Source: Octopus sinensis (taxonomy: Eukaryota). From it: DNA of 61,276 bases. How positions within the stretch are numbered: the stretch's first letter is position 1; every line of letters starts with the position of its first letter. Below, piece after piece: positions 38,731 through 52,823 of the stretch. The stretch is from the NCBI RefSeq assembly GCF_006345805.1, contig NW_021833835.1, forward strand, positions 1 to 61,276. Direction: 5' to 3'. A program made the position numbers and the translations under genes. The notes below the pieces were generated by a model. It searched no databases and was not told where the DNA came from. It saw nothing but the letters and a program-made list of their open reading frames with translations.

Positions 38731-39052
38731 CTAGAGCGGATCTAGCCCTCCTTTTTTTTTCTTTATGGCACTGTGTATACGCAAATCTAAAGAGATATTT
38801 GCACGATACAAACAAATTAAGCGACAATCCGACACGAATTTCTGTCATCCGTCTTCATTGGTGATGTCAACGTAATGCCGACGACAGCCAGGAAGTCAGG
38901 AGAACACATTGCTCTACATACATTATGACTTCCGGCCAATGACAAAAGCCAACTTGCAGCAAGATCCAGCGAAACTGTACTCACTAATTAAGCAATGTTG
39001 ATATTTCACATGTAACATTTTTATTTAGTTATCTATCTATTTATTATTATTA

Positions 39053-39094
<42 letters not shown>

Positions 39095-39117
39095 TATATT
39101 ATTATTATTATTATTAT

Positions 39118-39322
39118 GGCAGTGAGCTGGTTGATTCGTTAGCAGTGTGAAATGCTTTGCAGCATTTCGCCAATCTTCATGTTCTTAGTTCAAATTCCGC
39201 CGAGGTCGACTTTGCCTTCAATCCTTTCGGAGACGATGAAATAAGTACCAGCTGAGCACTGGGGACAATGTAATCGACTTACACAAACCCCGAAATTGTT
39301 TTCCTTGAGCCAAAATTTGAAG
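39118..39322 (+). mobile_element. SINE family B
   Basis: ggcagtgagctgg..gttcaaattccgccgaggtcgactttgcc. Confidence 0.82.
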
Positions 39323-39332
39323 TCATAATTAT

Positions 39333-39556
39333 TGAGTGAGAGATCAGTGCATGCCATCAAAGTGACACTGGGGTACAAATATACGAAGCCCAGTATACCC
39401 ATCATGTCTACCCGTCTGATGAGGGTACACTAGGCATATGCATCACAACCATAAGTGCGCGACTTGATATGATCTCATATCAAGATAAACAGCTCATGAC
39501 TTCGCAGGTGGGGCCCAGTTAGAATTTTCTTCTGGTCCAGTAACCCATCCCACTCA

Positions 39557-39561
<5 letters not shown>
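39333..39561. repeat. Interspersed repeat, truncated copy of 48234-48771
   Basis: catgccatcaaa..gacactgggg..atatacgaagccc..cccgtctgat..atcaagataaacagc..ctcaaaagg shared with the longer copy. Confidence 0.85.
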
Positions 39562-39611
<50 letters not shown>

Positions 39612-39786
39612 TACATACTTACAAGCATATATATATATATGAGTGTGTGTGTGAGTGTGTGTGTGTGTGTGTGTACTTATATGCATACACAACAAAAATC
39701 CGGTAGTTAATAGAAAATTATTCTAGAAAGTATGATCCGGTACTATGCCTTTCCTTCTGCTTTTCTTCGACATTCTTCTAAGATGG

Positions 39787-39845
<59 letters not shown>

Positions 39846-40288
39846 GGGAGAGACGACAGACAGATAGACAAAAGGGAAAGAGATAAGAAGGGAAGGATGG
39901 GAACATGGTTTCAGCTTGCACCATAGTTCGTTGCACCCTACAATCTTCCCCACCAAATCTGATGACCGACCACAAAACAATAGCCTTTAACACTCTAGAT
40001 GTAACTCTTTTGAGACGGCTCTATTAGCAAAGAACACGATTTCAGGATTATCCCCCGCTGCCATTTCTCTGAAAGTATCACACCCACCGCTCTATTTCTT
40101 CTTTTCTTCTTCTTCTTCTTCTTCTTCTTCTTTTCTTCTTCTTCTTCTTCTTCTTCTTCTTCTTCTTCTTCTTGCTGATGTTGTGGTTGTTACTGTTGTT
40201 TTATTATTATCTATTTTTATTTCTGTCCCTTCTCGTTCTTTAAAGCCCCTGCATTTCCTAAACTTTCTCTCACTTTCTCCCTCCATCC

Positions 40289-40348
<60 letters not shown>

Positions 40349-40349
40349 G

Positions 40350-40386
<37 letters not shown>

Positions 40387-41050
40387 GTTTATCTCTATCT
40401 ATCTATCTATGTATCTGTCTAACCTTTTTCACTTCTTTACGCCTACAATTGTCTGCTTTCTGCGAAGTTCCCTATTTCAACCTCCCTGCAACCCTGCTCT
40501 CCAAATCCAGCATTATACCATTTCCCGTCAACCCCTGTGGTTCCTCGAATCATATTTAAACTCTGCATGTCACAATTATTTTCCCGCCCTTCCACTATTC
40601 ACCTTGTTTTCTTTCTTTCTTCCTTTCCTTTTTTCTTTCTGTCTTTCTTTCTTTCTTTCTTTCTATATTACTTTCTGACACTGTCCTCTTCCATATCTGT
40701 AACAACTCAGTTTCCCGTAAAAATAAGCAGCAATTTATGCGTGTATATGTGTGTGTGTATTTATGTATGTATGTATGTATGTATGTATGTATGTATGTAT
40801 GTATGTATGTATGTATGTATGTATGTATATATATATATATATGCATACATACATACATACACACACATAGGTATATATATGTATGTATGTATGTATGTAT
40901 ATATGTATGTATATTAATAATATATATATAATATATTATAATATATATATATATATATATACATATCTATATATATACATACACGCATAATATCTATATA
41001 TGTATTTATATAATATGTGTGTGTGTGAAGTATACACCCACACACACACC

Positions 41051-41105
<55 letters not shown>

Positions 41106-41153
41106 AGAAGAGAGAGAAAAAGAGAGAGAGAGAAACAGACAGACAGATAGATT

Positions 41154-41233
<80 letters not shown>

Positions 41234-42521
41234 TCAGGTCATCTCATAATTTCTGTCCGATTTTACATTTTTAAAAATTGAATGAAATTTAATAGTAATT
41301 TAGAATGTCTAAGGAAATTAAAAATTACTTTTATGCATTTGTGTACATTTAAACTAATTAAATATTATCTTACAGGATAATAGAATTAAAATTTCTTTGA
41401 TTAAAACCTTTTGTAACATGGAAGTATCTAAAGAGCATTTAATGCACATAATGCTTTATGAGTACAAAAAATGTAACTCTGCAGCCGAAACAACTCGAAA
41501 CATACACTCAGTTTATGGGAAAGAATGCTTGAATGAAAGAACTTGCAGAAGATGGTTTGCAAAATTCAGAAGTGGAGAGTTCGGCCTTGAAGATGAAGAT
41601 AGAACTGGATGTCCAGTTGAGTTTGATAATAAGTTCCTTGAGGCATTACTTGAAGAAAATCCTGCACTATCAGTTAGAAGAATTGGCAATAGAGCTTAGT
41701 TCAAACCATACAACTGTTCATCGTTATCTTCAACAATTTGGAAAGGTTTCTAAAATTGGAAAATGAGCACTTCATGAATTGTCCGAAAGCAAAAGCAAAT
41801 CTCGAGTTGACATCTGCTCTTATCTCCATTCTCGCCAACTCATTTCACCCTTTTTGGATAGACTTGTGACTGGTGACGAAAAATGGATCTCTGATCGAAA
41901 TGTTAAACGTCGTAAACAGTGGCTTGGTAAAAAGAAAAAGCTCAACCACAACCGAGAAGGGAAGTTCATGGGGAAAAGGTTCTTCTCTCTATCTGGTGGG
42001 ATTGTAAAGGAGTAATTTACTTTGAATTGTTACCACCTAATGCAACAATCAATGCTCAAGTATACTGTCTGCATTTAGAGCGTTTGAACTAAGCTTTGAA
42101 GAAAAACAGACCTCTTTTAGTGAATCGAAAAGGATTGATGTTTCATCAGGACAATATGCGAACCCACACTGCAAAGATCACATCACAGAAGATCGAAGAG
42201 CTTGCTTGGGAAAATAATTCCTTATCTATCATATTCTCCCGACCTTGCTCCTTCAGACTACAATTTGTTTCGTAGTTTACAGAATCATTTGCGGGACATA
42301 ACTTTCGCAAGCCAGGAAGAGGTCAAAAATAACATTTTGGAGTTCTTCGCTTTGAAACCAAAAGAGTTTTACATTGATGAGATTCAAAAGCTTGTAAATA
42401 AATGGAAAGAGGTCATAAATAATCGGGGAAAGAACATTGATGAATAAATTTCAATTAAATATAACATTTGATCACTTGTTTCTTTATTCAAAATTCGGAC
42501 AGAACTTATGGGATGACCTGA
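41234..42521 (+). mobile_element. Full-length mariner (DD34D) transposon with frameshifted transposase
   Basis: ~1.29 kb, ~30-bp TIRs TCAGGTCATC(T/C)CATAA(T/G)TTCTGTCCGA, TA TSD. Transposase 41418-42447 with CRRWFAKFRSG, VTGDEKW, FHQDN, YSPDLAPSDY; several frameshifts and stops. Confidence 0.96.
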
Positions 42522-42865
42522 TAGATTGGAAGACGGATCGGTAGATAAAAGGGAGGTAGGGAGAGAGGGAGAGAGAGAGATATGGAGAGAGAGGGGGAGA
42601 AAGAGGGGAGGGGAGAGAGGGAGAGTGAGAGAGAAACAGATTCTCACTTAAGCATACATTACACTAATATTACTTCTGAATAATTCTGTTTCTTTCTTAT
42701 TTACTCACTCTCTCACTGTCTCTGTCTTTCTCACTGTCCCTCTTTTCGCTCTTTTCTCTTTCTCTCTCCCTCCCTCTCTATATTTGTCTGTCTCTCTCTC
42801 TCTCTATTTCTCTTTCCCTCTCATCTCTCCTCTGTTTATTGAAATAATACAAAAATATTGAGATT

Positions 42866-43055
42866 GTGTTTGTCCCCCACCTCTATCGCTTGACAACGGG
42901 CGTTTGTGTTTACGTCCTCGTAATCCAGCGGTTCGTCAAAAAGTTCGATGCTTAAAAAAATTAATAAATACTGGAATCGATTCATTGCAATGAACATTCT
43001 TCAAGGTGTTGTTCCAACATGGCCGCAGTCTGATGACTGAAACCAGCAAAAAAAA
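42866..43055 (+). mobile_element. SINE family A, 3' part (diverged)
   Basis: tgtgtttgtccccc..atcgcttgacaac..agcggttcg..catggccgcagtc..atgactgaaac. Confidence 0.75.
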
Positions 43056-43185
43056 AATGGTCCTTACTGTGTTTTCTTTGTTGTTGATGTTATTTAACCC
43101 CAAATCTGGCCTGACCAATATAATATTTTATGATCAAATGCTTTTTAACCAAAAACCTATGTTTTAGTAAATTGCAAGGAGTACA

Positions 43186-43566
43186 TTATTATCCCCGCCT
43201 TTGCGAAGGCGGGGAGTATTGTTTTTCAGTCGTGTTTGTTTGTTTATTTGTTTGTCCGTGGGCAAGGTATCTTAACAACCACTAGATGGATTCGGATGAA
43301 TCTTTCAGGGATGTTTGGCCTCGAGACTGGCACGAGCTGATTGGATTTTTGGATCGACTCGGTACCGGACAAGGATTCTGGCTCGTTTTATCTACTTATT
43401 TTACTTTATTTTTGAGAGCGGTCGTGTTCATTTTTAGTATTCCCGCTTGTGAGAGCAGTCGAGTTTATTTCACATATTCTCATTTTAAAAATCATCTCCG
43501 GCTAATCGTTGAGAGGACGTTGGTGTTTCCTTGTCGGAGGTTTGCACTCTCTGAATGCACTTGTTT
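43186..43566 (+). mobile_element. Helentron-associated non-autonomous element (HINE/DINE-1-like)
   Basis: 5' hairpin TCCCCGCCTT-tgcg-AAGGCGGGGA, (GTTT)n tract, 3' CGGAGG followed by stem-loop TGCA-ctctctgaa-TGCA and T-rich end. Confidence 0.65.
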
Positions 43567-43585
43567 AATATCAGTTTATATCGAA

Positions 43586-43710
43586 GGCGGTGAGCTGGCA
43601 GAATCGTTAACAGCCCGGGAAAAATTCTTAGAGTCATTTCGTCTGCTTTTACATTCTGAGTTCAAACTACACCGGGGTAAACTTTGCCTTTTATCCTTCC
43701 GGGGTCGATA
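43586..43710 (+). mobile_element. SINE family B, 5' part
   Basis: ggcggtgagctggcagaatcgttaac..ttctgagttcaaa..ggggtcgata. Confidence 0.8.
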
Positions 43711-43797
43711 CACTGACGTATATATACATATACAAACATACACAGAGAAACACTGGCGCGCGGGCGTATAAACGGCTGCGTGAATGAATTAACAAAA

Positions 43798-44073
43798 CAT
43801 CATCATCTTCTTCTTCTTCTTCTTCTTCTTCTTCTTCTTCATCATCGTCATCATCATGATCAACATCATTATCATCTTCTTCTTCATCATCGTCATCATG
43901 ATCAACACCATCATCATCATCATCATTTTCATCATTATCATCTTCTTCTTCTTCTTCTTCTTCATCGTCATCATGATCAACACCATCATCATCATCATCA
44001 ACGTCATCGTCATCATCTTCTTCATCATCATCAACATCATCATGGTCAAAACCATCATCATCATCATCATCAA

Positions 44074-44122
<49 letters not shown>

Positions 44123-44150
44123 GTCATCAGCCGCAGCGGCAACAGCAGCA
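43798..44150. repeat. Compound (CAT)n/(CTT)n microsatellite
   Basis: Directly visible; source of the His-, Met- and Ile-rich pseudo-ORFs. Confidence 0.95.
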
Positions 44151-44600
44151 GCACAACTTAAAAAGGCGATGGTAATGGTGATTGATGATCAGAGTGTAGA
44201 CAACGATGGTGCTGACGCTCTGAAAGGTGATGCTGTTGTTGACGATGATTAGAAAGATGATCATCATCGTCATCATCAACGCCAGTCATATCATCATCAT
44301 CATCGTCATCATTATAATGAACGAGAACAGCAGAAACAGCAGCAGCAGCAACGGCAGCAGCTGCAGCATCATCGCCATCATTATCAAAACAGTCATCAGG
44401 CTGTTTTCATCGTGATTATCGTTGTCATTAGCATTAATGTTATGTTTATTTGCTTGTTATTATCCGGACATAGTTATATCCGTAAATACACACACACACA
44501 CACACACACAGACACACAACACACACCACACACAACACACCACACACGTATCTTACTCTTTTTTGTATATTATAAATATATATTATATATTAATATATAT

Positions 44601-44634
<34 letters not shown>

Positions 44635-44797
44635 ATATATATATCTATTTGTGTATATATATACAATATATATATATATAATATATATATAATATATGAT
44701 TTCTATGTATTCATATATATGTATGTCTATATATATATATTATATATATATATATATATTTGTATGTATATGTATGTATATGTAATGTATATATATA

Positions 44798-44874
<77 letters not shown>

Positions 44875-45014
44875 CATACATATATGCTTGTGCTTGTATG
44901 TATATGGTACATATGTTTACATGTGAGTCTACAAAATATATATATATATATATATATGCATTTTTGTATCGTATATATATGGCATGAATGTATACACGCA
45001 CTTACACACACTTA

Positions 45015-45047
<33 letters not shown>

Positions 45048-45323
45048 ACACATACATACACACACACATATTCATATATAAACAAACACACACTCATCCA
45101 TATATGCAAATGCTGCATGGTTCCTTTCCAATTCGACTGGATGGTTGGTCGGCTCATTGGATGCTTGGCTGGTTGGTCGGGTGGCTGGTCTGGTTTGACT
45201 TGGTTCGAGGCGGTGGTTTGGTCGGTGATTCTGCGATAAGTTAGAGCGAGAGTGTCTTTCAGCCTGTTTCCGGTGCTAATGCCCACTGCCGGACAGTATG
45301 GCTGCCATCGGAAATAGATAGTC

Positions 45324-45486
45324 ATGACATCTCGCCATGGTGAAGAACGATCGAGAAGCATTGGCCGGAAGTTCAGCGTAAAAAAAAATGTAGAATCTAT
45401 GGACGACCGGAAGTCGTTTTCAGTGTCTTGTCGTGTGGAACCTAACCGAAATTTATACGCAATAGCGATACGAAGATTACACAGTT
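45324..45486 (+). CDS. Candidate coding exon of an unidentified gene
   Basis: Non-repetitive island. Possible acceptor tctttcag|45263, ATG at 45324, open frame MTSRHGEERSRSIGRKFSVKKNVESMDDRKSFSVSCRVEPNRNLYAIAIRRLHS, donor T|GTGAGT at 45486/45487. Confidence 0.35.
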
Positions 45487-45612
45487 GTGAGTGTATGTAT
45501 GAGCATACACGCATCTCCCTCTCTCGTCTCCCCTTCTTTCTTTCTTTTCTCTCCCACTATATATATGTGTGTTTATCTGTGTATTTGTGTGTATATATAT
45601 TTATGTATGTAC

Positions 45613-45647
<35 letters not shown>

Positions 45648-45812
45648 CAGATATATATATACACATGTATAGCTTGTGTACTTGCATGTATTATGTACAT
45701 ATATATATGTATTTAGGTATATATGTATATATAATACATATATATATATATGATTATGTACATATATATATGTATTTTCTATTTTCTTTTTGTGACATAT
45801 TTCTATTATATA

Positions 45813-45843
<31 letters not shown>

Positions 45844-46203
45844 CATATATACACATACATACATACATACATACATACAAACATACATATACATACATAC
45901 ATACATACATACATACATACATACATACATACATACATGCATACATACATACATGCATGCATATTTGGCGAACGATAGAAAGAGAGGAATAGTGAGAGCG
46001 AAGGCGATGTTAATGGAGTTATAGAGAGGGCATTAAAGAGTAGGAGACAGGGAAATGGTATTGAAGTGAGGGAATATGGTGAAAAAAAAAAGGGTTGTCT
46101 GGGTGTAGGCGCTGGTGTGATTGTTAGTGCGTGGCGGAAACAAGTATGGTAATGATGCAGCTGTGTGTAGAAATAAATATGTGATGCTGTGGTAACGCAT
46201 GCA

Positions 46204-46262
<59 letters not shown>

Positions 46263-46624
46263 CTGTGATGTAAATGATGTATCGCTGGTCGGAGTTGTGT
46301 TTGTGTATATGATTTTCTGAGCGCTGTTTTTGTTTGTGTTGGTGTTGGTGTTGATGGTTTAGGTGCATGAGTGGCGTTGTTGTTGTTGTTGTTGTTATTG
46401 CTGTGTTGATTGTGATGTATGGATATACGGTGAATGATATGCTGGGTGGTGCTATCTATATATTATATTTATAAGCGTGGTGTTAGTGGCGGTGGTGTTG
46501 TGTGACTTTGTGGTAAGTGTTTCGGTGGCTGGTGTTCCGACCCGTGTTGAGGTGGCAGTTGTAGTAGGAGCCAGTGGAAGATTAGCCATCACTACTTTTA
46601 TTAAGGTAGCGTATATGAGGCCTG

Positions 46625-46845
46625 TCATCATCATCATTGTTCGACCGTGGTCGAGACAATGGAATTTACCATGCTACGCCAGACTTCACGGTCTATCATG
46701 GCATTACGGAGGTCCTGTTGCTGGATGCCTGTATCCCTGGAGATTACATCAGGGTAGGAGAGTGTGCGCCCTCTGGTATTGCGAGTAGATGGCTTCCAGA
46801 GGAGAAGAGTAGAAATTACCTCTTTTTCAGCTCTACAACAGGCCT
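46625..46845 (-). mobile_element. 3' end of an RTE-type LINE
   Basis: Minus frame CCRAEKEVISTLLLWKPSTRNTRGRTLSYPDVISRDTGIQQQDLRNAMIDREVWRSMV* followed by a (TGA)n tail. Confidence 0.82.
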
Positions 46846-47127
46846 GTACTAAATGGCTTTCCTGTAGTGACCCTCATGTATTTTACTAAACAGTGTAAGA
46901 AGGACTATATCATCTAATGAAAAGATTTTTAACAAAAAGGTGAAGTGATAATTTGCTACTATTTCTAGCATGTCACGTGATGTATAAGTAGCCAATCAGC
47001 TACTTATGTCGATGCTAATGGCTGATTAGTGTTAAATTGCTATGTAGTATTCATGGTTGTAGCTGAGATGATGGTAGGTGAGATCGAAATTTTGGTGGTG
47101 GTAGTGATGCTGTTGGCGGGGGTGAGG

Positions 47128-47204
<77 letters not shown>

Positions 47205-47268
47205 GGCTACAGTATTAATATGCGTTTATACATATATAAATATAAATGTTTATACATGTATATATGTA

Positions 47269-47408
47269 CAGGAGTGGCTGTGTGGTAAGTAGCTTGCTTA
47301 CCAACCACATGGTGGCATCTTGGGCAAGTGTCTTCTGCTATAGCCTCGGGCCGACCAATGCCTTGTGAGTGGATTTGGTAGACGGAAACTGAAAGAAGCC
47401 TGTCGTAT
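47269..47408 (+). mobile_element. SINE family A, 5' part
   Basis: caggagtggctgtgtggtaagtagcttgcttaccaaccacatgg..cggaaactgaaagaagcc. Confidence 0.88.
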
Positions 47409-47493
47409 ATATGTATATACATATATATATATGTGTGTGTGGTGTTTGTATATATATATATGTGTGTATATATATCTTTACTATATATATATA

Positions 47494-47536
<43 letters not shown>

Positions 47537-48000
47537 CATTATAAGCCTTTGAATCCCCTTGATAACACGCCTGTTGCATGCATGAATGGAACTGGTCTCA
47601 GAAACGTTAAAGCGTCGCACAAACTGCATTACGATTTTCTTCTGTTTTTTTATTTTTTTAAACTTTTTACTTGCTGAATTCAACTGTCTCCGAGGTTCGA
47701 TTTGTCTTCCCACCGTTCGAGATGAGGTACCAATTTTAATCGATTAACCCCCACCATTCAGAATTACTGGCTTTGTGCCTAAATATCCGAAATCATAAGA
47801 GCTTTAGATTGGTAGAAAAAGCGTTGAGTACATGCCTTGAAATATTTCTTCCGGATCTTTACGTTCAAATACTGCTGAGTTCAATTTAGCTTTACATCCA
47901 ACCAGGGTCGATTAAATAAAGTACAGTTCAAGTACTAGAATTGATGGAATCTATTAACACTTTTCCTAAAATTGATGACTTTATGCTAAAATATAAAACG

Positions 48001-48200
48001 AGGTGGCCGTGCTGGTAGAGTCGTTAGCACGACCAGCGAAATCTCTTCCCGCTTTACGTTCTCAGTTCAAATTTCGACGACGTCGTCTACACCATTCTTC
48101 ATTCGGGGTTGATAAAATAAGTAGCAGTTGAGTACTGGGGGCAATCTGATTGACTATGCCCCTCCTTCAAATTTCGAGCCTTGTGACTTTAGTAGAAAAG

Positions 48201-48201
<1 letters not shown>
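48001..48201 (+). mobile_element. SINE family B (diverged)
   Basis: gctggtagagtcgttagcacg..ttacgttctcagttcaaatt..cggggttgataaaataagta. Confidence 0.72.
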
Positions 48202-48233
<32 letters not shown>

Positions 48234-48771
48234 GAGAGAGAGAGAGAGCAGTTCATGCCATCAAATTGACACTGGGGTAAAATATACGAAGCCCAATATA
48301 CCCATCATGACAACCCGTCTGATAAGGGTACACCAGGCACATGCATCAAACCATATGTGCACGACACGGTGATCTCATATCAAGATAAACAGCACATGAC
48401 TTGCAGGTGGGACCCTGTTAGAATTTTCTTCTGGTTGAGAAAACCCATCCTGCTCAAAAGGTCCCTGAATAAGGGTTGTTTAAGGATGTTCAACGAAACA
48501 CCCATGTTTCCAGAAGTGAATTATTCAAACCTCAAAGAATCCCTCTCAACACATGGCTATGATGTTCCCCCACTACTTCTGCTCGTGATCAGAGAAGCAC
48601 ATATCGTCAGCCACTAAGGGACATGCTCAACTAGTTAAGGACAAACAACTGACAAGCAAATCTGTGGTATTGAGCAGAATATTTGCTGTAGCCCATCTTT
48701 TATACCAAGACAAAACAATCATGCTTAAGATCAGAAGCCACGAGAGCCACTGCCTGATATTGCATCAGGGC
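48234..48771. repeat. Interspersed repeat inserted in a (TTA)n tract
   Basis: (TTA)n on both sides; partial second copy at 39333-39561. Confidence 0.8.
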
Positions 48772-48788
48772 ATTATTATTATTATTAT

Positions 48789-48826
<38 letters not shown>

Positions 48827-48925
48827 TTGTTGTTGTTGTTATTATTATAATTATTATTATTATTACTACTACTACTACTATTATTATTACTGTTGTTGTT
48901 GTTGTTGTTGTTATTATTATTATTA

Positions 48926-48985
<60 letters not shown>

Positions 48986-49169
48986 CTTCATCAACATTAC
49001 ATTATAAAATTGAAATTCTTTCAGCAGATTAAAATGACAAAGAAGCGTAAGAAAAGAAACTTACTTTAACGAAATTGTTTTTCCGAGAGAAAATAAAATA
49101 GACCAAAAGACGGACAGATTGCCAGACAGACAGACAGATACACACAGACAAACAGACAGACAAACAGAC

Positions 49170-49246
<77 letters not shown>

Positions 49247-49255
49247 TATATATAT

Positions 49256-49296
<41 letters not shown>

Positions 49297-49658
49297 GGTT
49301 GAAGCAGATAGATAGAAGATAGAAGATCAAAAATATGAGTGCGTGTGTGTATGCGTGTATATATATATATATATGTGTGTGTGTATGTATGTATATATAT
49401 ATGTATGTGTGTATGTATGTATGTACGTATATGTATATATATACATATATAATCGGAAAAAGATATTGAGTGACTCAAGAGAAGAAAGTTTAGTGTGTTG
49501 GTAATTCTCAAATAAGTGCAAATGCACCAAACACTTAGTCTTTCAGTGGCTTTATAAATTCTGTTGATTAAATACAAAACTTGTGAGATAGAAGGATAGG
49601 TACAGATAGACAAGAAGACAGACAGATTGATAGATAGATAGGTAGGTAGGTAGGTAGG

Positions 49659-49772
<114 letters not shown>

Positions 49773-50480
49773 TGATAGTTATATAGACTGATAGATCGCT
49801 CGATTGATTGACAGATAAATACAAAGGCAGAAGGATAGATAGAGAAGAGAGAGTTATTTATGTAGAAAGTGGTGTAAGAGAGAATGATTTTTCAGAGAGG
49901 GAGACAAAGAGGACAGACAGTGTCAGAGAAACAGAGAGAAATAGACAGAGATAGAGAAAGAGAGAGAGAAAGTGAGACAGAGATAGATAGAAAGATAGAC
50001 AGACTGATAGAAACAGAGAGAGAGAGAGAGTGTGTGTGTGTGTGTGTGAGAGAGAGTGAGAAGGGGAAATAAAACAACTAGTAAATAAAGTATAAAATCG
50101 AAAAGATTTAAAACCCACCTCGCCTAAAACTAAAAAGTAATGAAACAGAATAAAATAAAATAAACTGATATACGATTCTTGATCCAAAAAGTAAAGAAAA
50201 AGAAGTAAAGAAGAAGAAGAAGAAGAAGAAGAAGAAGAAGAAGAAGAAGAAGAAGAAGAAGAAGAAGAAGAAAAGAAACAAGTGAAATGATGATATTTGA
50301 TGATGGAAATTGTATCTTGTGTCTTCTGAACAGGGCTGAATAGAAACGGTGAAGCGCGCTAATAAGTAAATAGATAAATAAATGAATAAATAAATAATAT
50401 CTTTGTGTGTGTGTGGTGGTGTGTGTGTGTGTGTGTGTGTACGTGTGTGTACAATACATAACAATAAAAGAGAAATGACG

Positions 50481-50537
<57 letters not shown>

Positions 50538-50663
50538 CACAGACAAACAGAGAGAGAGGTAGATCGATAGAGAGAAGCAGAAAAGAGAAAGAGGAACACG
50601 CAATAGAGAGTGAGAATATGCAACAAAGAATGGGAATGAGAAAGGGCTCAAGAACCACAGAGA

Positions 50664-50713
<50 letters not shown>

Positions 50714-51137
50714 CAGAGACAATATGTTAGGTAAATGATTAAGAAAAATATTAAACAATTCAAAAAGCCAAGAATATCAAAAAGAAAACAAAAACGGAAT
50801 CTGGGCCTTCCAAATCAAATTCATAAGATAAATATCTGCTATTTGATATTGCCTATTTCCTGCTACGCCATTCTGACAAGTCTGTGTACCCCCCCTCACC
50901 AAATAGGACCCTCTAATATTCACTACCACTCTCTCACTCGCTCTCATCACTTCCACGACTCTGTTTCGTCTTTTACTTCTCGCCTCTCTCCAAAAGTAAC
51001 AATTACTCAACAATGGCGGTGTACATACTTATACGGTTGTCTCCCTTGTCTGTCTCTAATGTTACAGCCATTGTTTTTAATGACGTATCGAATGTTTCTC
51101 CTCCACCTCTGCCTCCGCACCAACACTACCGCTTGTT

Positions 51138-51141
51138 TCAT

Positions 51142-51172
<31 letters not shown>

Positions 51173-51208
51173 TTATTGTTTATTTATTTATTATCATTAT
51201 TATTATTA

Positions 51209-51241
<33 letters not shown>

Positions 51242-51476
51242 TTCATCATCATCATCATCATCATATCATTATTATTATTATTATTGTTATTATTATATTA
51301 TATTATTATTATTATTATTATTATATTTTATCCTATTATATTATTATTATTATATTATATTATTGATTATTATATTATTATTATCCTATTATTATTATTA
51401 TTATTATATTATTATTATTATTATTATTATCTCATTATTATTATTATCATTTTTATTATTATATTATTATTATCAT

Positions 51477-51509
<33 letters not shown>

Positions 51510-51520
51510 TATTATTATTA

Positions 51521-51556
<36 letters not shown>
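51138..51556. repeat. Degenerate (TTTA)n/(TTA)n microsatellite
   Basis: Directly visible; explains the 324-aa pseudo-ORF. Confidence 0.95.
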
Positions 51557-51557
<1 letters not shown>

Positions 51558-52243
51558 AATTTCTGTATCCTTGTATCATTTTACTTGGCGTCCTATGTCA
51601 TTTTGTATTTCATTTGGATTTTCCACTGGTACTCGGATTTTCCCGTCTTCTATTTTATTTCACGTTCTTGTTGTTCCTGCTCTTCTTGCTGTCATTGTTA
51701 AAGTCGTAATCGTTTCCATAGTTCTTATTCTCCAGATACGACCAAACGATCAAAGATGCTACGGCCGTTGACGTGTAGCAACCAAGTAAGATCTTCTGGT
51801 ATGGTCTTTTAACTCGAAACCTAAGGAAATCTTCTTCAAAATCTCTGGTCCGGAAATGACCAAGATATTAGAAGTTTTGTCCGCGATGCACACAGAGAGA
51901 CGAAACGGTTCTCCTGTCACTCGATTACGTCCAAATTTTGCTGACTTGCAGCGTTATATCGGGCAAATGATTTCGCACCCTGGGCGAACCAGACGATCAG
52001 CTGAATATATCCGATAAAAAGCCTTACGTGTTCATTTAGAAAATAATTGTAGGCAATTTTCTTTTCTTTATTTGCAACAACCAAAAGAGTAGTAAAAGAA
52101 CATATGATAATTTTTCTTCTATGAATGCGGTGCAGTCATGTACGAAACTAATACTCCCTGGTAATTGTTAAATTTCCTTAAAATTTGATGAAAATGGTAT
52201 GTAAATCTACAGCAAATGAGTCCATTCAGTAAGTTGTACTCAA

Positions 52244-52475
52244 AAGGCGGCGAGCTGGGAGGAACGTTAGCACGCCGGGCGAAATGCATAGCCGTATTTC
52301 GTCTGCCATTACGTTCTGAGTTCAAATTCCGCCAAGGTCGACTTTGCCTTTCATCTTTTCGGCGTCGATAAATTAAGTACTAGTTACGAACTGGGGTCGA
52401 TGTAATCGACTCAATCCGTCTGTCTGTCCTTGTTTGTCCCCTCTGTGTTTAGCCCCTTGTGGGTAGTAAAGAAAT
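52244..52475 (+). mobile_element. SINE family B, full length
   Basis: Complete head (ggcggcgagctgg), B-box-like gagttcaaattcc and tail gggtagtaaagaaata. Confidence 0.92.
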
Positions 52476-52752
52476 ATGTTGTAGTCAAAATCTCATGAAA
52501 TGTTTGTGTTTGATAACCAGAGCAGTTCGAGATTTATATAGGGTCTTGTATGTGGTCTTTCGAGGTTGTTTTCCTATTGGATATTTATAAAATATGCTTT
52601 TACATCCTACCATTTCCATGTATTATATTTCATACGGCACATCCTGTAAACCACTCACTGATTTTTAAGTAATTGTAATGTCTATTATTCGTCACACTTG
52701 AAGTAAATCAAGACTATTTATTATAAAGCTGGTTATTGTAGTAGTAGAAGTA

Positions 52753-52823
<71 letters not shown>

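Noticed and set aside
43780-44175. His-rich ORF resembling cephalopod histidine-rich proteins
   Set aside because: Pure (CAT)n/(CTT)n microsatellite, open in several frames and on both strands.
47545-47612. TTGATAA..GAAACGTTA hammerhead-like string
   Set aside because: Stems I and II do not pair convincingly.
50735-51709. Longest ORF (324 aa)
   Set aside because: Driven by (TTA)n/(TTTA)n; the flanks show no domain.
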